A stretch of DNA of 64,000 bases. Source: Asterias rubens. Lineage: Eukaryota. The stretch spans positions 21,080,001-21,144,000 of the forward strand of contig NC_047064.1 of the NCBI RefSeq assembly GCF_902459465.1, given 5' to 3'. Of this stretch, positions 11,367-23,760 are shown piece after piece; position 1 is the first letter of the stretch; each line of letters opens with the position of its first letter. The notes beneath the pieces were generated by a model that saw only the letters and a program-made list of their open reading frames with translations, had not been told where the DNA came from and did not search any database. Both the position numbers and the translations under genes were made by a program.

Positions 11367-14275
11367 GTGTTTACTGACGTAGTTCATCAAGACTCGGTGC
11401 TTAATGTTGATATCTCTTAAGTTCAACGGCAGTTACAAGAAGCCACAGCGGGATGGGAGGGGCCAATCCTTTCAACTCAAATTGAAAGTGGCAGAGAGAA
11501 ATACTATTAGCCTCGGCACTTACGTCGGATAAGCGGGTCCCGAGAAGGTAGTTGACCCGTGTAGCTTCCCCCGCTAAAAGTGAATTTACCCACTCGACCC
11601 CGGTAGAGTTTAAAAGAGGCCAATGTTTTCACCGACTCCCCGACCCTCCCTCCAAATCAAATTGCCCCCGATTTAAGTTCTGGGTCACTACTACTAGGAC
11701 GAGCTGGCCTATTGAAATATCATTGTCCGGTATGGAGGGGGGAAGTGCTTGGGAAGGGGGTAAGGAGCGGTCGAGCCTTGCACCCCCCGTGAGGTGTACA
11801 CCACTCTCCGGACATGTCTCGGCGCTGGATATCGCTGGTTGGTCGTCCCTGGGAAAAAAGCTGATGAAGCTCAGAGCAATAGAAGGAGAGAGGGAGAGAG
11901 CGGTCGGTTTGTGGTGCTGCTCGATTATTGGATTACCCTCCCGCTCCCTTTCAAAAGACACCGATAAGTAAGAGACCGGCGTTAATTAACCAAATTGATT
12001 AATCCGGGCGTATCTGTAACACAGTGATTAAGGAAGCTTTATCACCAGCAGAGTGGATGAAAACATCTCTGCCGTCTCATCATGCGTGCCGACGGATGAA
12101 AACTCCTGCCAATTGTGCCTCCTCCGAGCCAAATGCGCAATCGAGTAAGATGGGTAATTCAGTCGCCGGTTATCCGTCATATTTGGCCGGTGGCTGCCCG
12201 GTGCTTGGCTTTTAGACTTCATTGAAGTACAAGGTCTTTCCCCACACCCTACGACTGTCGCATGTCTCGATAAAACAAACACAACTTATGAATAATTCAG
12301 CATGGTTAAACTGAAGCATATTAATGCCATTCTGGTTAACTGTACACATGAATTCTCTCAAGGATTTTTAGGTGATTGAATTCTTCAAATATACACTCCT
12401 ATTAGTGTCACACCCTAGGCTCTTGCAAGTTTCTTGATGAATTAGAAAACTTGTGACTATTCAATGAATAATTCAAGAAAAGTTAAGCTGAAGTAATGCC
12501 TCGTTGACTTCTTCGGCAACAAAGTACAGCTCTCAAACGACTGTTGCATGTCTTAGAAAGTATGATTCACAAAAAAGGTTGCCGTTCTCTGTGGTTTATC
12601 AAAAATAAAAGGGACAAATTCCACACTGGAAAACTCGCTGTTAAATTTCAAACGTTCCCAGAGTGCATGATTTGTTGTTGTTAACATTTTGAAAATTATT
12701 TGTATTTTATTATTTTCAATTTTATTATTGAAAGTTAATATTTGTACAATATTTGTACAAGAAAATAGAAAACTATTCAGGAAAGCCTAATGCCTACTTA
12801 GGACCAACATGTGAGAGAAAAATCAATTTCGTTTCCGTAATTGGTTAATAATAATGATGCCATTATGAATTTATCACAAAAATGCATCAAAGATATTAGT
12901 TTATTATTATAGCAAAGCATAACATTTCTAATTCAATGTACCCTAAACGCTCAAAATAACCATAATATACACAAATCAAAGCCGTGGTTAACAACATAGG
13001 GCGTCCTGAAAATTCCCACCCAAACTGTGAACCAGGTATTTTGGTTATATTGATCCAAAGATTATAATGTCATTTCGTGGCCTATAAATCTCATCCATTT
13101 GCCATAATTCTGGGTCAAAATTGAAAGTGATATTTTGTTCCCAGACACTTTTTAAACCACAGCGTGGTCACGCATTCATTACGCAAGGCTCCCATAGGGA
13201 TCAGTTTTCATAAATACAGCGTGATTCCCGTAAAGTATGCACACAGTGCAGAAGAAAACTCTTGCTCCGACTATATTTTTGGTTGAGAGTACCACACCGT
13301 GTAAGCATCTCCCCTAGAGGTTTGCCCGAGAATATTGAATCACCGAGGAGCCCCAACAGAGATGAGCACGTATAGACCCCTGGACACCATCAAATAAGAC
13401 CCGTGAAGTGCACTCTTCCGGACCTCAATTCGATGGAAATTGGTATAACACCCTTGTTTGTCGTTCCAATTTCTCATTCATTTAATCCCTATCCAGATTT
13501 TATAGCCCGACCCGAAAGCCCACTCGTGTCTTATTAGGTTGAAAGTAACATTTCTGCGTCTCCCATCATCAGCAGCGAGCGGGGAGGGACACACTACAGA
13601 CGGGGCGAATAGTACCGCCGTCCCGGGCTCAGTGTCAAGTGTTGGACGGGTCGAGAGCGTAAATTGACTTTTTATCAAAGCTAAAGTGTCACTGTCACAC
13701 ACTCAAAACATACCAGACATTTATACAAGCTGCATCTGAACTCTCTCCACAAACTGTTCCATTACACGACCAAGGGCTGAAGCGTTTGACTAATTCCTGA
13801 CTTTTTATTTTTTTTTATTTGCCGTACGAAGCAGCTGCAACCGTACCTCTTAGCGACTCACTCTGCTGCCGGTAAAAAACACCGTGAGTACGGTGATATT
13901 TACGCTGGTGTGAGGGCCAATTAGCAGCTGTAATTCGCCGTGTTCGGAGCCCATTTGCCGGCGCACTTCAGACAGTAAAGATTCCCGTCGAGTGCATGTA
14001 CTGGTGCTTTTTGAATGCACCTTACAGCCAGCTGGTCTGTAGTTCCAACATGGCGGGTACTCCACACAGAATTACGCGGGAAATGACGGCACTTCAGATT
14101 TGGTTTAGTTCTGTGATTGTCAGCAACATCAAAAACTACGAAAATTTTATAATACAGTGTCAAAGTTATACTTTGCAATTATAACAAAAAAAATGATGAA
14201 AATGTAAACCACATTTTCATTTTTCAGTCAATAAAAACAGATGCTTTCAGATCAAATTTCTAAAAATGTATTTAA

Positions 14276-14481
14276 TCACTGTTTGAAGGAAAATGATGAG
14301 GGAGAAACGCCCTCTTTTGATAATTTCGAAGCACAGTTGTTATTAACTTGGTTCGTTTTGGAAATAACGACTTCATCTTCATCTTCGTCTTGGATAGCGT
14401 TTGCAGATCCCGTTTTCCTTTCTCTCCGTGCTTTATTTGAAAACAAAGACTCTCGTGAAAGGTTTACGTTCGGTAGTAACT
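14276..14481 (-). CDS. candidate alternative terminal exon of the MREG-like gene
   Basis: Acceptor cattcatattaag, phase-1 open frame (E)LLPNVNLSRESLFSNKARRERKTGSANAIQDEDEDEVVISKTNQVNNNCASKLSKEGVSPSSFSFKQ*; compatible with a phase-1 donor ACTG|GTCAGT inside the last MREG exon (exon end at 14993). Confidence 0.4.
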
Positions 14482-14861
14482 CTTAATATGAATGGCACAA
14501 TAAGAATTGTTAGTTAGAACTTTACAGCAGCGTTCGATAGTATACAAAAATTACAAAGCATTTTGAGAAACATTTACACTTCACAGTTATGTTGTTATGT
14601 AAATAAAATGTTAACATTTTAACAAACATTGTTATCAAGCACTCAATCTAAAGTGTCTTTAATTTGAGAAATTGCCACCCTAACCACCCTAAAAAGTAGT
14701 TTCTGGACACCAAGAGCAAATAATAGTTGTCCATAAATATCCATTACGTCACAGAGTCCTGTCAACACAAAATTATTCACTGCGTCAATTTCATTCCTTG
14801 TGATAAAATAAGGCAAGGTATCGTTATCAAACTAACAAAACAAAAACATAATAATAGAGAA

Positions 14862-17800
14862 TCATTTGGAGACGGTACTTTCAGCTCTGTTTCCCTGCTT
14901 CGTATCCAAAGCCTCCCTGTCTAAACCATTGGCCGAGCCATTCTCGGGACTCTTCGGTGTCTCTTCGGTGAATTTCGTGGGTTCGGACTGACCAGTTCTT
15001 TCATCAGTTTCTCGTATTGGGGCTTTTTTGTGCCTTTTCGGTTTTTCGATTTTCTTCGGAAAGAGTTCTTTTGCTGCTTCAAGGAAGTCATCGGTTATAT
15101 CCAGATCTCGAAGACGATCCTTCAGGAGAAAATAAAATTACAATACGTTTTTGTTTAATTTTAATATTTATATTTTCAACCTTTATTTATGGGGTAAAAA
15201 TGATAAAATTCAAATCAGCCTCCTTAAGGATGTGGAGCTTTTATCTCTGAAATAAACCAATCAATTATGAGGTAGCTATAAATATAATGTCAACGCAGCT
15301 TCCTCCTAAAGAAAATGATGCATGCAGTATTTTTATATCAGTAAAATAATATTAACAAACTTAATCAGCGCCCTCTGTTGGCCAAAGTAAAGCCAACAAT
15401 GAAATTAATTTCTGATTGCTGCCCTCTGTCTTTTGTGAGAAAAACAGGATGTGCACAATTAGACGAAAGTCTATCTCAGTTGTGTTTTTGTTTGATTCAA
15501 AATTTAACTACAGAAGAGTAATTTTATTATTTTATGGGATGAAAACCCCATTAATTACATGTTAGTATAACAACTTGAACCTTTAATTCAGGTCACCACT
15601 ATACTAGGCCTAGTTTTTGACTACTTCTAATCCCAAATCATAACTCTCTAAAATACACAGCTCTGGGTTTTGTGAACATTAATCCTAAATAATTCTAACA
15701 GCAACAATCAAGAGGGCGCTGTTTGTCGTACCTGCCAAGTGACGCTTTACATGTTTACTTATTTATTACACATGCAGTCAACAACACATTAGTGCCAATA
15801 ACATGATGGATACAGGAAATAATGTTAAGTTTTAGAGGAAAATCCAGGTGGGAACTGAAAACCTCATCCACATGCAAGGCTTTGGTCTGATGTGGGATTC
15901 GAACCGTGGTCCACTGAGGTGAAAGGCAAGGAAAGAAACCACTTTATGGGCAAACTTTATCCCTTAAAGCCATATGACACTTCGGTAAACAGTGCTGTTC
16001 AAAGGCCCACACTATCACAACTAATATATAAAATAACGACCCTGTGAAAATTTAGGCTCATTCGGTAATCGGAGTCGGGAGAAAATAATGGGAAAACCCA
16101 CCCTTGTTGCCGCACATTTCGCCGTGTCATGACATGTATTTAAAATAAATCCGTTATTCTCGATATCGAGAATTGACAATTTTTTAATGTTTTCTCAAAA
16201 AGTAAAGCATTTCATGGAATAATAATATTTCAAGAGAAGTCTTTCACCAATACCTTCTGTAAACACTGTAAGTTATTTGTAAATCTGTGATTTTTTTTTC
16301 TGTTCCGAAAGTGTATAATGGCTTTAAAGGATTTGGGTACTTTTTTTAAACACAAAACATAATGTTCACAGATTAATATTAAATTTACTCAGTTTGAAGA
16401 TAATGATGGTAGATAGCTTCCCTTAAAATATTACTTGCTGTAGTTTTTGAGAAATGGGTAAAACAATGTCACAAAAATAATTTTCGTGTCAGTCTGTCAG
16501 TGAGGCGAAAATTATTTTGCATGTAAAAACGTGTTAACCAGTTATGGTATGTTATGGTAAAATACCATAACTGGTTAATACGTTTTTGCATGATAAAACT
16601 GAGACTAAAACAATTTTTGTGACATTGTTTTACTCATTTCTACTAAAAAAATACAGCATCTCAGCAAGTCATATTTTAAGGGAAGCTTTCAACTATCATT
16701 ATCTTAAAACTATTTAAGTTTAATGTAAATATGTGGACATTGTGTAAAAAGTACACAGACCCTTTAAACAACAAAACATAAATAAAAACATTAAAATGCA
16801 AGTTTTAACCTGGGACTCTAGTAAACAAGCAAAGAGTTACAAAATGTGATTATTTTAAAGAAACTTTTGTTTCCAAACTGACCAGTATGACTGCGTATCT
16901 GTGTCTCTGTACGGGTCCATCGCCGAATATTGAAGTCTCTCGTACCAGCACATCGTGGAGATGATACGCTTTGACTGAGGTGTTAGGAGCGGCGGTCTTG
17001 GTGACTGAACTCACTGCAAGTAAGTTGGTTTGTTCATCAGCGAAACCTGCGAGTCAAAAGATATATATTATAAATATAATTTTTGGGGTTGAACATTATT
17101 ATTATTTGTTGTGTTGTCATTATTATAAATATAATGACAACACAACAAACATGAACAGGTAACTTAGTGCAGAACGTTACACTTAGTTACCGGTTCATGT
17201 TAATGTTTGTTGCATATGTTGTTACAGCAGAGGCACCTTGACGGACGTACGAAAGAAAACAAATTGATCAAGCAATTCTGGGTTCAGTTTTCTTTTAAAC
17301 AAACTACATGTTGTGCAGGAGTCACAGAATGAAATATGGGAGGTGTAGGACATGTTGACGGCATCACGCCGGAGAACCAATTGCCATGAACAAAGGCAGA
17401 AAGCTAGGTATATAGTGAATTGTTTACGTAACACGTAAACGAGTTAGAGTACAGCTGGAGGAATTTGTAATCCTACTGTTACGTAAAATCCCCCCCAAAA
17501 AACAATTGTGTTGTCATATACAGCTTTCGAGAAAGACTCGAAACGTCACAGGTCAGGCCATTAACTATCTTTTTCATTATACCGTAGGGCTGGTCATTTT
17601 GGTTGATAAGCAGTTTGCAACAGCTAACTCTATTTTTCTAAATAATCTAGTTAATTTTGTAGTTAACTTCTATCAGCATTGTAGACAATAATATAAAGGA
17701 TACATTAACATTGTTATCAGAAAACTTCAAATTTAAAGGAAGTCATAAAATGTAACACCGTATGTTGTTTTTATAGCTTCTGTTGTTGACTTTTTGTGGT

Positions 17801-20677
17801 TTATAAACCTTTATCACGGTGCAGCCATCTTGAATTTCTCCCATTGATATCAATGTAACCAAACCGAGGCTGGATGAACAAAATAGTCTGGTTCTTGTTT
17901 GAAAAGGTATTAATGGCATATATTTTGGTATTCGATACGAGGAACATGACCAAGATGGAGGCAGCATGATGAAGGTCTATTACTTGATGTTATGTATTTT
18001 TTTTTACCAAGTTCCATTAAGACGCGTTTCCACCTGTCTTGGAGTTTCTTTCTCACTTTTCTTACTTCCTCAACCTTCTGGTGCCACATCAGCTCACTCT
18101 ATATAGAAGAAATTGAAAACATTGATAACTTGTTAATATAATTAATTGCCAAGTGCCAATCTCATACATGGGCTTCAGTGAAGAATAACTAGCAGGGAAC
18201 TAGTATCCGTGTGACCCTTGAGAAGAGGTGCCGTGTGAACACTGAGAAGGGTTATATAAGTGCCGTGTGAAGGAGTGGAATGTGCCGTGGGACCCCTGAG
18301 AAGGGATAGTCCCGTGTGACCCCCGAGAAGGGATGTAGTGCCGTGTGTCCGTGTGATCTGAAAAGGATTGTTAGTGCCGTGTGACCCATGAGAAGTGCCG
18401 TGTGACTCCTGAGATGTAGTGTCGTATAACCCCAGAGAGGGGGCGTAAAATAAAGTACCGATTAAGACATGACAAGCCAGTCACAAGTTACCTCGTTGGC
18501 TGCCCAGTCCTGCTTGTTCTCAAATTTAGTATTTTTTTGTGTGTTTTTTAAAAAGACTTAAACTTGCTTTATAGCAAAGTATTTTGGCTTCGTAGAAACA
18601 TGGCCTTTGCCCGTAGGCCTACCTGCTCGGTACGGTAACCAATATTGCTTTACCAAAATATGGGAGCCAGCACAGACCATCTACACAACAACGTATTTCT
18701 AGCTGGTAATCTATTTCCACTGAGCATAATCGACTTTTGACTACAATGCCAACTAAAATGCTAATACAGTGTTTGATGTTCGAGATACGCACCCATCAGT
18801 TTCAGCTAAGCAACAAACTCGTGCTAAGCTGCCCATGAAATCGAGCCCCACCTATAATCGATTCGTAAAGAGTTCAATTCTGTAATGGGGGTGTAATAGA
18901 TATCACTCGACAGACTTCGATCGATAACCAGAATAGACTGCAACCATTATCAATGTCAAATACTCGGGGGCTCAAGGTGCTTTCATCCACGAGGGTGAAG
19001 CGAGATTCAATAATGACAGGTACGGGGGCAAGAGCGTCGCACAGCCCGGGGTGATTCGAGAGGGAAGTCACGGGGGAACAGGGGCGCCCGGACTCTGTAG
19101 TGGGGGCGGAGGGGGGGGGGGGGGTACATGATACTAATAAACCCTCAAATGGAGTGGTTGATGATTGCTACAAACAAAATGGTCTTCCGTTTTGTGCAGA
19201 ATTTATACAATTAATAAATTTACAACTGATCTGCAGACAAGTTAAACCAAAATTTTCAAGTTTTCAATGGGAGACTTTTTGGACGCTAGGTGGCAGCAGA
19301 CTCACCAGGTAAATTCAGGGTTCTTGGAAATGTGAGCATGGTAAGATCTTGGTAGGTCTGTTTGTCAATAAAGTTGTGTGCATTAAGTATGAGTGAACAT
19401 ATTTGTCAGCCCCTCAAAATCAAACTAGATTACCCATTTAAATGCGTAGAATGGTCTAGTCTAGGACATCAAGCACTAGGACATCAAGCACTTTGAAGGT
19501 AAACAGTGAAATAAAAAACATGTGCATTTACTTGTCGTGCTATCATCGCCCACTTTAATGTTTTGAAAGAGTGAGTGGGCCTACCGGCATTCTATTGGAT
19601 TCGCTTCATGAATCTTGAAGAAGTTCAACTTCTTAGACTTGTCGTCAACAATAATTTTACCACAAATTGAATAAACAAAACCCAATGAAATGACTCCAAA
19701 GTTTCCAATTCACCTCTCTGGTGGTCGCTTTGCGTCTCTCATCCAGCATCTCGGACAGCAGCTGATCGTCTTCTGAGATGCTATGCGTGACGTCATCGGG
19801 ATTAGTCCACAAGTTGAGGTCATCTGTGGCTGACCTTCGGGATGCTATGACGCCATCTACGAGGGAGCCGTTACCATTCCTATAAAGAGATGAAATCAAA
19901 TCTTGCTTGACTTCTGAGGCTAATACTTAATTGGATACTCAGCCGAAGAAAACATGAATATGCATGAGGACAAATTACCCCTCCCCCCCCCCATCGGAAA
20001 AGGGGGGTCACGCCCATGTATGAATAATTTTCGTCCATATTATCAGTGTGCATAATAATCAAATCCATCCTGTCCCCGGAGATTCTGACAACCATGTGGG
20101 AAATTAACATAATTATAGGCTGAAGGAGGAGGAGTCAGAAGAGGGCGCTTTCAGAAGGAGTTTGTACATAGTTCGCCGTAGTGGGAATCTCCTGCCACAC
20201 CGGTCAGAAGTCCATGCGTGCGCCCGTTTTGCGGGGCCGCCCGTTTTGCTGGCCGCCCGTTCTGCTGGCTTAGAGGCACTAGACACTATTGATAATTATT
20301 TAAAATAATTGTTGGCATAAAAACCCACTTGGTAACGAGCAATGGGGAGATGTTGATTGCATAATGCATTGTGCGAAATTACTCCCTCTCATGAAGTAAC
20401 GTAGTTTTTGAGAGAGAGTGGTAATATTTCTCACTCAAATAAAAATTAAAAGACTTCCGGCTGCACGCAAACAAAATGTGTGCAAGGGTGTTCTTTCATT
20501 ATTATTTGCAACTTCGATGACCAGTGGAGTCAAAATTTTCACAGATGTATTATTTTATGCATGTTGGGATACACCAAGTGCCTTTAAAACCGTAGCCTAC
20601 CTTACAAGCGGTGACGCCTCAGAATTCGGCTCATCCAGCTGATCGTAGTTGTTGTCTCTCCTGCAGCAGAAATACAT
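14862..20677 (-). CDS. MREG: melanoregulin-like protein, 5 coding exons, 251 aa
   Basis: Exons (minus) 20677-20601, 19879-19714, 18098-18008, 17046-16883, 15119-14862; all GT-AG, phases 2/0/1/0 consistent, total 756 nt. Translation MYFCCRR...DDLNLWTNPDDVTHS...KVRKKLQDRWKRVLMELGF...ETSIF...RYAVILDRLRDLD..DFLEAAKELFPKK aligns by eye to vertebrate MREG (NLWSMPHDVSH, RWKCILEDLGF, EETNIF, RYLFVVDRLIALD); N-terminal Cys pair fits palmitoylation. Confidence 0.88.
15845..15942 (-). mobile_element. tRNA-derived SINE fragment
   Basis: Minus strand carries a B-box GGTTCGAATCCC followed by tgtggatgaggttttcagtt; no full cloverleaf. Confidence 0.5.
15968..16323 (+). mobile_element. MITE family E (TTAA-flanked, Kolobok-type)
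   Basis: ttaa|agccatatgacacttcgg ... ccgaaagtgtataatggct|ttaa; second copy at 23289. Confidence 0.8.
16328..16763. mobile_element. MITE family F, near whole-length foldback, TTAA-flanked
   Basis: ttaa|aggatttgggtact ... agtacacagaccct|ttaa; inner arms aaaaacgtgttaaccagttatggtat / ataccataactggttaatacgttttt; second copy 51708-52078. Confidence 0.8.
18208..18440. repeat. degenerate minisatellite (about 10 units of 21-32 bp, core ccgtgtgacc..gagaag)
   Basis: Direct reading; lies in MREG intron 2 about 110 bp from the exon-3 acceptor. Confidence 0.8.
20274..20583 (-). mobile_element. MITE family A with internal deletion near one TIR
   Basis: aggcactagacactattgataatt ... gatacaccaagtg|cctttaa; the deletion joins at an agtg microhomology. 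Confidence 0.75.
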
Positions 20678-21446
20678 TCTCCTTTTACACTTGTTGAGTT
20701 GATTTACCCACCACAAACACAATGACTGCAAATCATACCTGCTCAATCACGTCTCGTATTCGCGTCTACAGATGCTATAAATATACCATAGTGTCTGACC
20801 GTGCTTAATATACCTGAACAAGGTCAACAAATTGTTGAAGTTTCTTGTCTTTCCTCCAGTCAGAATGCGTCTAAATCCACTTGCGTTTTTTTAAATTCAC
20901 AACGAGTAGTGAAGTCACCCCTCATGGAAGGTCCGGATAAGATATGTTAACATACACTTCCGCATATAGAGAGCAGCGTGGAAACTAAGCACCAAGGACA
21001 TTGATACAATCACAGTTTCATTTCATAGCTGTTGTAATACCACACCAACAAAAAACTAAACCATCATGTGATGATAGGTTTGCAAACGTGCAAAGTTTAA
21101 CTTGTAGATAATGACGGTCCAAGTCCATTCGAGGGGGGATGTCATCCATTTAGAGACAAACTAATTTTGCAAAGTTGTTCGTAGTTTGTCAAGTTTAATA
21201 CACAGCACGGTTGGGGACTTATATATTCTATAAAACATACATTCGGTTTCGTGTTGATATGGGTGTACTTTTATTATCGCTTAAGCAAATACGTGCGTGG
21301 CTCTGGGAAGGCTTGGACCAAACTCTATAAAGCTGAGAAATTACAGTGGGACACCGATTGCAACAATGTGAAAGTTATGGTTTGCTGGCTGGGACCCTGT
21401 TTCTGTTAATCGTGATGTTGTCATGTGCTTTAGCAAGCTATAGTGG

Positions 21447-21597
21447 GTGCGTTCGTTTAGCTTCCCTGGGTCAACCCCGGTGTGTGATGGGGTTTTTTTC
21501 CAGGACGAACGTGAGTATCTATCTGCACACGTTTATCCTGGGGGAAAAAAAAACACGCCACCACCGGGGTTGACCAAGGGGAGCTAAACGAACGCAC
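21447..21597. mobile_element. palindromic MITE (family G), copy 1
   Basis: gtgcgttcgtttagcttccctgggtcaaccccggtg / caccggggttgaccaaggggagctaaacgaacgcac; inner IR ccagga..cgtg / cacg..tcctgg. Confidence 0.75.
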
Positions 21598-21614
21598 ACA
21601 GTGTTTTACATAGT

Positions 21615-21857
21615 GTGCGTTCGTTAGCTTCCCTGTGTCGTCGACCCTGCAGTGCTCACTCGGGTGAGCCCCTGACAAGAGCTAATCAAACGATCACACT
21701 CGCCCCCTCGTGGTGACGGCATGCGCCTCAGGTCACCCCCAAGTGACCCACACTCCACAAGCAGGGAACTGGGGGCTGACCCGGGTGAGCCCCGTCAAAG
21801 CTATTCAAACGTACCGCGGGGCAACCCGGGGTCGACCCAGGAAGCTAAACGAACGCC
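21615..21857. mobile_element. family G-TIR element, copy 2, different interior
   Basis: gtgcgttcgttagcttccctg ... gtcgacccaggaagctaaacgaacgcc. Confidence 0.65.
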
Positions 21858-22317
21858 CAAATTGGGGCAGGGTCTTGACGGCGCTGCTTACCGCAGAAAT
21901 CTGCGCCTTGCGCCATGTAAAGTGCATTATTCCATAGGCTGCAAATTCATAAGCGCAGAATACAGCGGTTTAAAGCAGAGCGAGAAAACTGGGCTCCGGA
22001 AGTGTTTGATATGGTATTAATTTGTCAAAGAGGGGATTTTTACAAAGATTTTTATCAACATGGAGAGAATCGAAACTCAGGAAATGTAGAATTTGGTTTC
22101 ACATTGTTGCAATGTACCGTTGCCAAGTTGGAGTTCATTTTGAAAAGTATACAATTCAGGATATGTACTCAAAAAATTAAGGGAGAAATTAGTTTATTTT
22201 AATCTTACGACCTGCCTTGAAAGAAATAAGTTCCGCCAAAGATGTGTAAACAATGTTATAAACATTCAGGCTGGCAATTATCAAAAATTTTGAATTGTGA
22301 AATAAAGGCGTGCTTTG

Positions 22318-22617
22318 GGAACTTCGATGACCACAATATTGAGCCAAAATGATGACAGGTTTGTTAATTTATGCATATTATGTTGGGATACACCACTTGA
22401 GAATACTGCATCCGATTTTACGAAACACTAGGACTAAGCCTATAACTCGAGTTAGGACGAGCATGGGACGAGTAACCCGTCCTAACTTAGGATGGGTTCA
22501 GTGCGTCCTAACATTTTATACGAAACTAAACTCGTCCCAAGTCCTAAGATTCATCCTAAGTTAGGAAGAGTTTGGTGAAATCGACGGTTGGTCTTTGACC
22601 AAACGTGTCCTGTGCCT
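22318..22617 (-). mobile_element. MITE family A fragment interrupted by family B
   Basis: gttgggatacaccacttgagaatactg[insert]gtctttgaccaaacgtgtcctgtgcct|ttaa. Confidence 0.65.
22409..22590. mobile_element. MITE family B, copy 2
   Basis: catccgattttacgaaac ... gtttggtgaaatcgacggttg; homologous to 2857-3015. Confidence 0.75.
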
Positions 22618-23288
22618 TTAAGTTGGGATTTAAGAGGTGGATACGTAGGTTTTCAAGATGTTTTTTTTTTGTACGTGTGTTTCCTGTATAGCCCAGCAAA
22701 TATCACGATACATACCACACCCCAAAGTGGTTTATATACGTGTGTACGAACTTGGTTATATATTAACGAAATAGGTAAGTTTGCAGAAGGCGTTATCTAG
22801 ATAAGCAAACACAAATAGGGCTTATGCAAAACGCCGAAAGGTCAAAAATTCAATACATAAGATAGATACAGCATTCAGAGATCTGAAAGGTGGATAGACG
22901 TTTTTTTGACGAGACTATAGGCAATTTATGAGGTTTCTTTTATAGGACATACCTGTTTATGAGCTTAAACATTCTGAGAACTAAAGTCAATAAGCGATGG
23001 GGGTCAGCCAACAACTACACGCCAAAATTGTGCGCGTACATGCCCCGAAGGCCTGTGTATTTTACAAGCAATCCTGCAACGATTGCCGTTTCTTCGTCTT
23101 GTAAGTGGAAAGTCAACTTTGAAAATGGAAATGAGGGTTTGGGGAACCCACCCATTCAGTCAGCAGTAAGCACATACTGGAGAAGGTGTGTAAACTCCTC
23201 AACGCAAGAGTTTCAACCTGAGAACTAGTTCGATTTGTTTAATAGATGGAGGCGAGAACAAAACCAGAGTAAGTATATCTTATTTTAA

Positions 23289-23655
23289 AGCCATTGGACA
23301 CATCCTAAACAGAACAAAAAATAAAAGTTCACAGATTTACAAATAGCTTACAGGGTTTACAGAAGGTAATGGTGAAAGACTTCCCTTTAAATATTGTTAT
23401 TCCATGAAATCCTTTACTTTTTGAGAAAACATTAAAACAACTATCAATTCTCGATATCGAGAATAACGGATTTATTTTAAACACATGTCATGACACGGCG
23501 AAACGTGCGGAAACAAGGGTGGGTTTTCCCCGTTATTTTCTCCCGACTCCGATTACCGATTGAGCCTAAATTTTCACAGGTTTGACATTATTTTTTTGAT
23601 ATAATGTTGTGATACAAGAAGTGTGGGCCATTGGTCAATACTGTTTACCGATGTT
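23289..23655 (-). mobile_element. MITE family E, copy 2 (contains the left breakpoint of the triplication)
   Basis: ttaa|agccattggacac...; reverse complement of 15968-16323; right end degenerate. Confidence 0.7.
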
Positions 23656-23760
23656 GTGCGATTGCTGTAAGACTGTGGTTATGCGTAATGATTTGGAAAG
23701 TTTTTTAATTTCAGTGCCTCTGTTGTGATGTGTTTTGTTGTCATTTTAGCCTGTAAGAAA

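Noticed and set aside
11552-11971. Overlapping 139-aa and 110-aa ORFs
   Set aside because: GC-rich non-coding island; no recognisable domain or splice framework.
19306-19660. Coding-looking segments in MREG intron 2 (TYQDLTML.../LPRSYHAH..., KIIVDDKSKKLNFFKIHEANPIECR, WAMIARQ)
   Set aside because: MREG homology joins 19714 directly to 18098; these pieces have weak or non-canonical acceptors and no consistent phase chain. They could be rare cassette exons but are unsupported.
20739-20870. Extra upstream coding exons for MREG (THSDWRKDKK..., TRIRDVIEQ)
   Set aside because: Phases are incompatible with exon 1, implied introns are about 50 nt, and an in-frame ATG with good context already exists at 20677.
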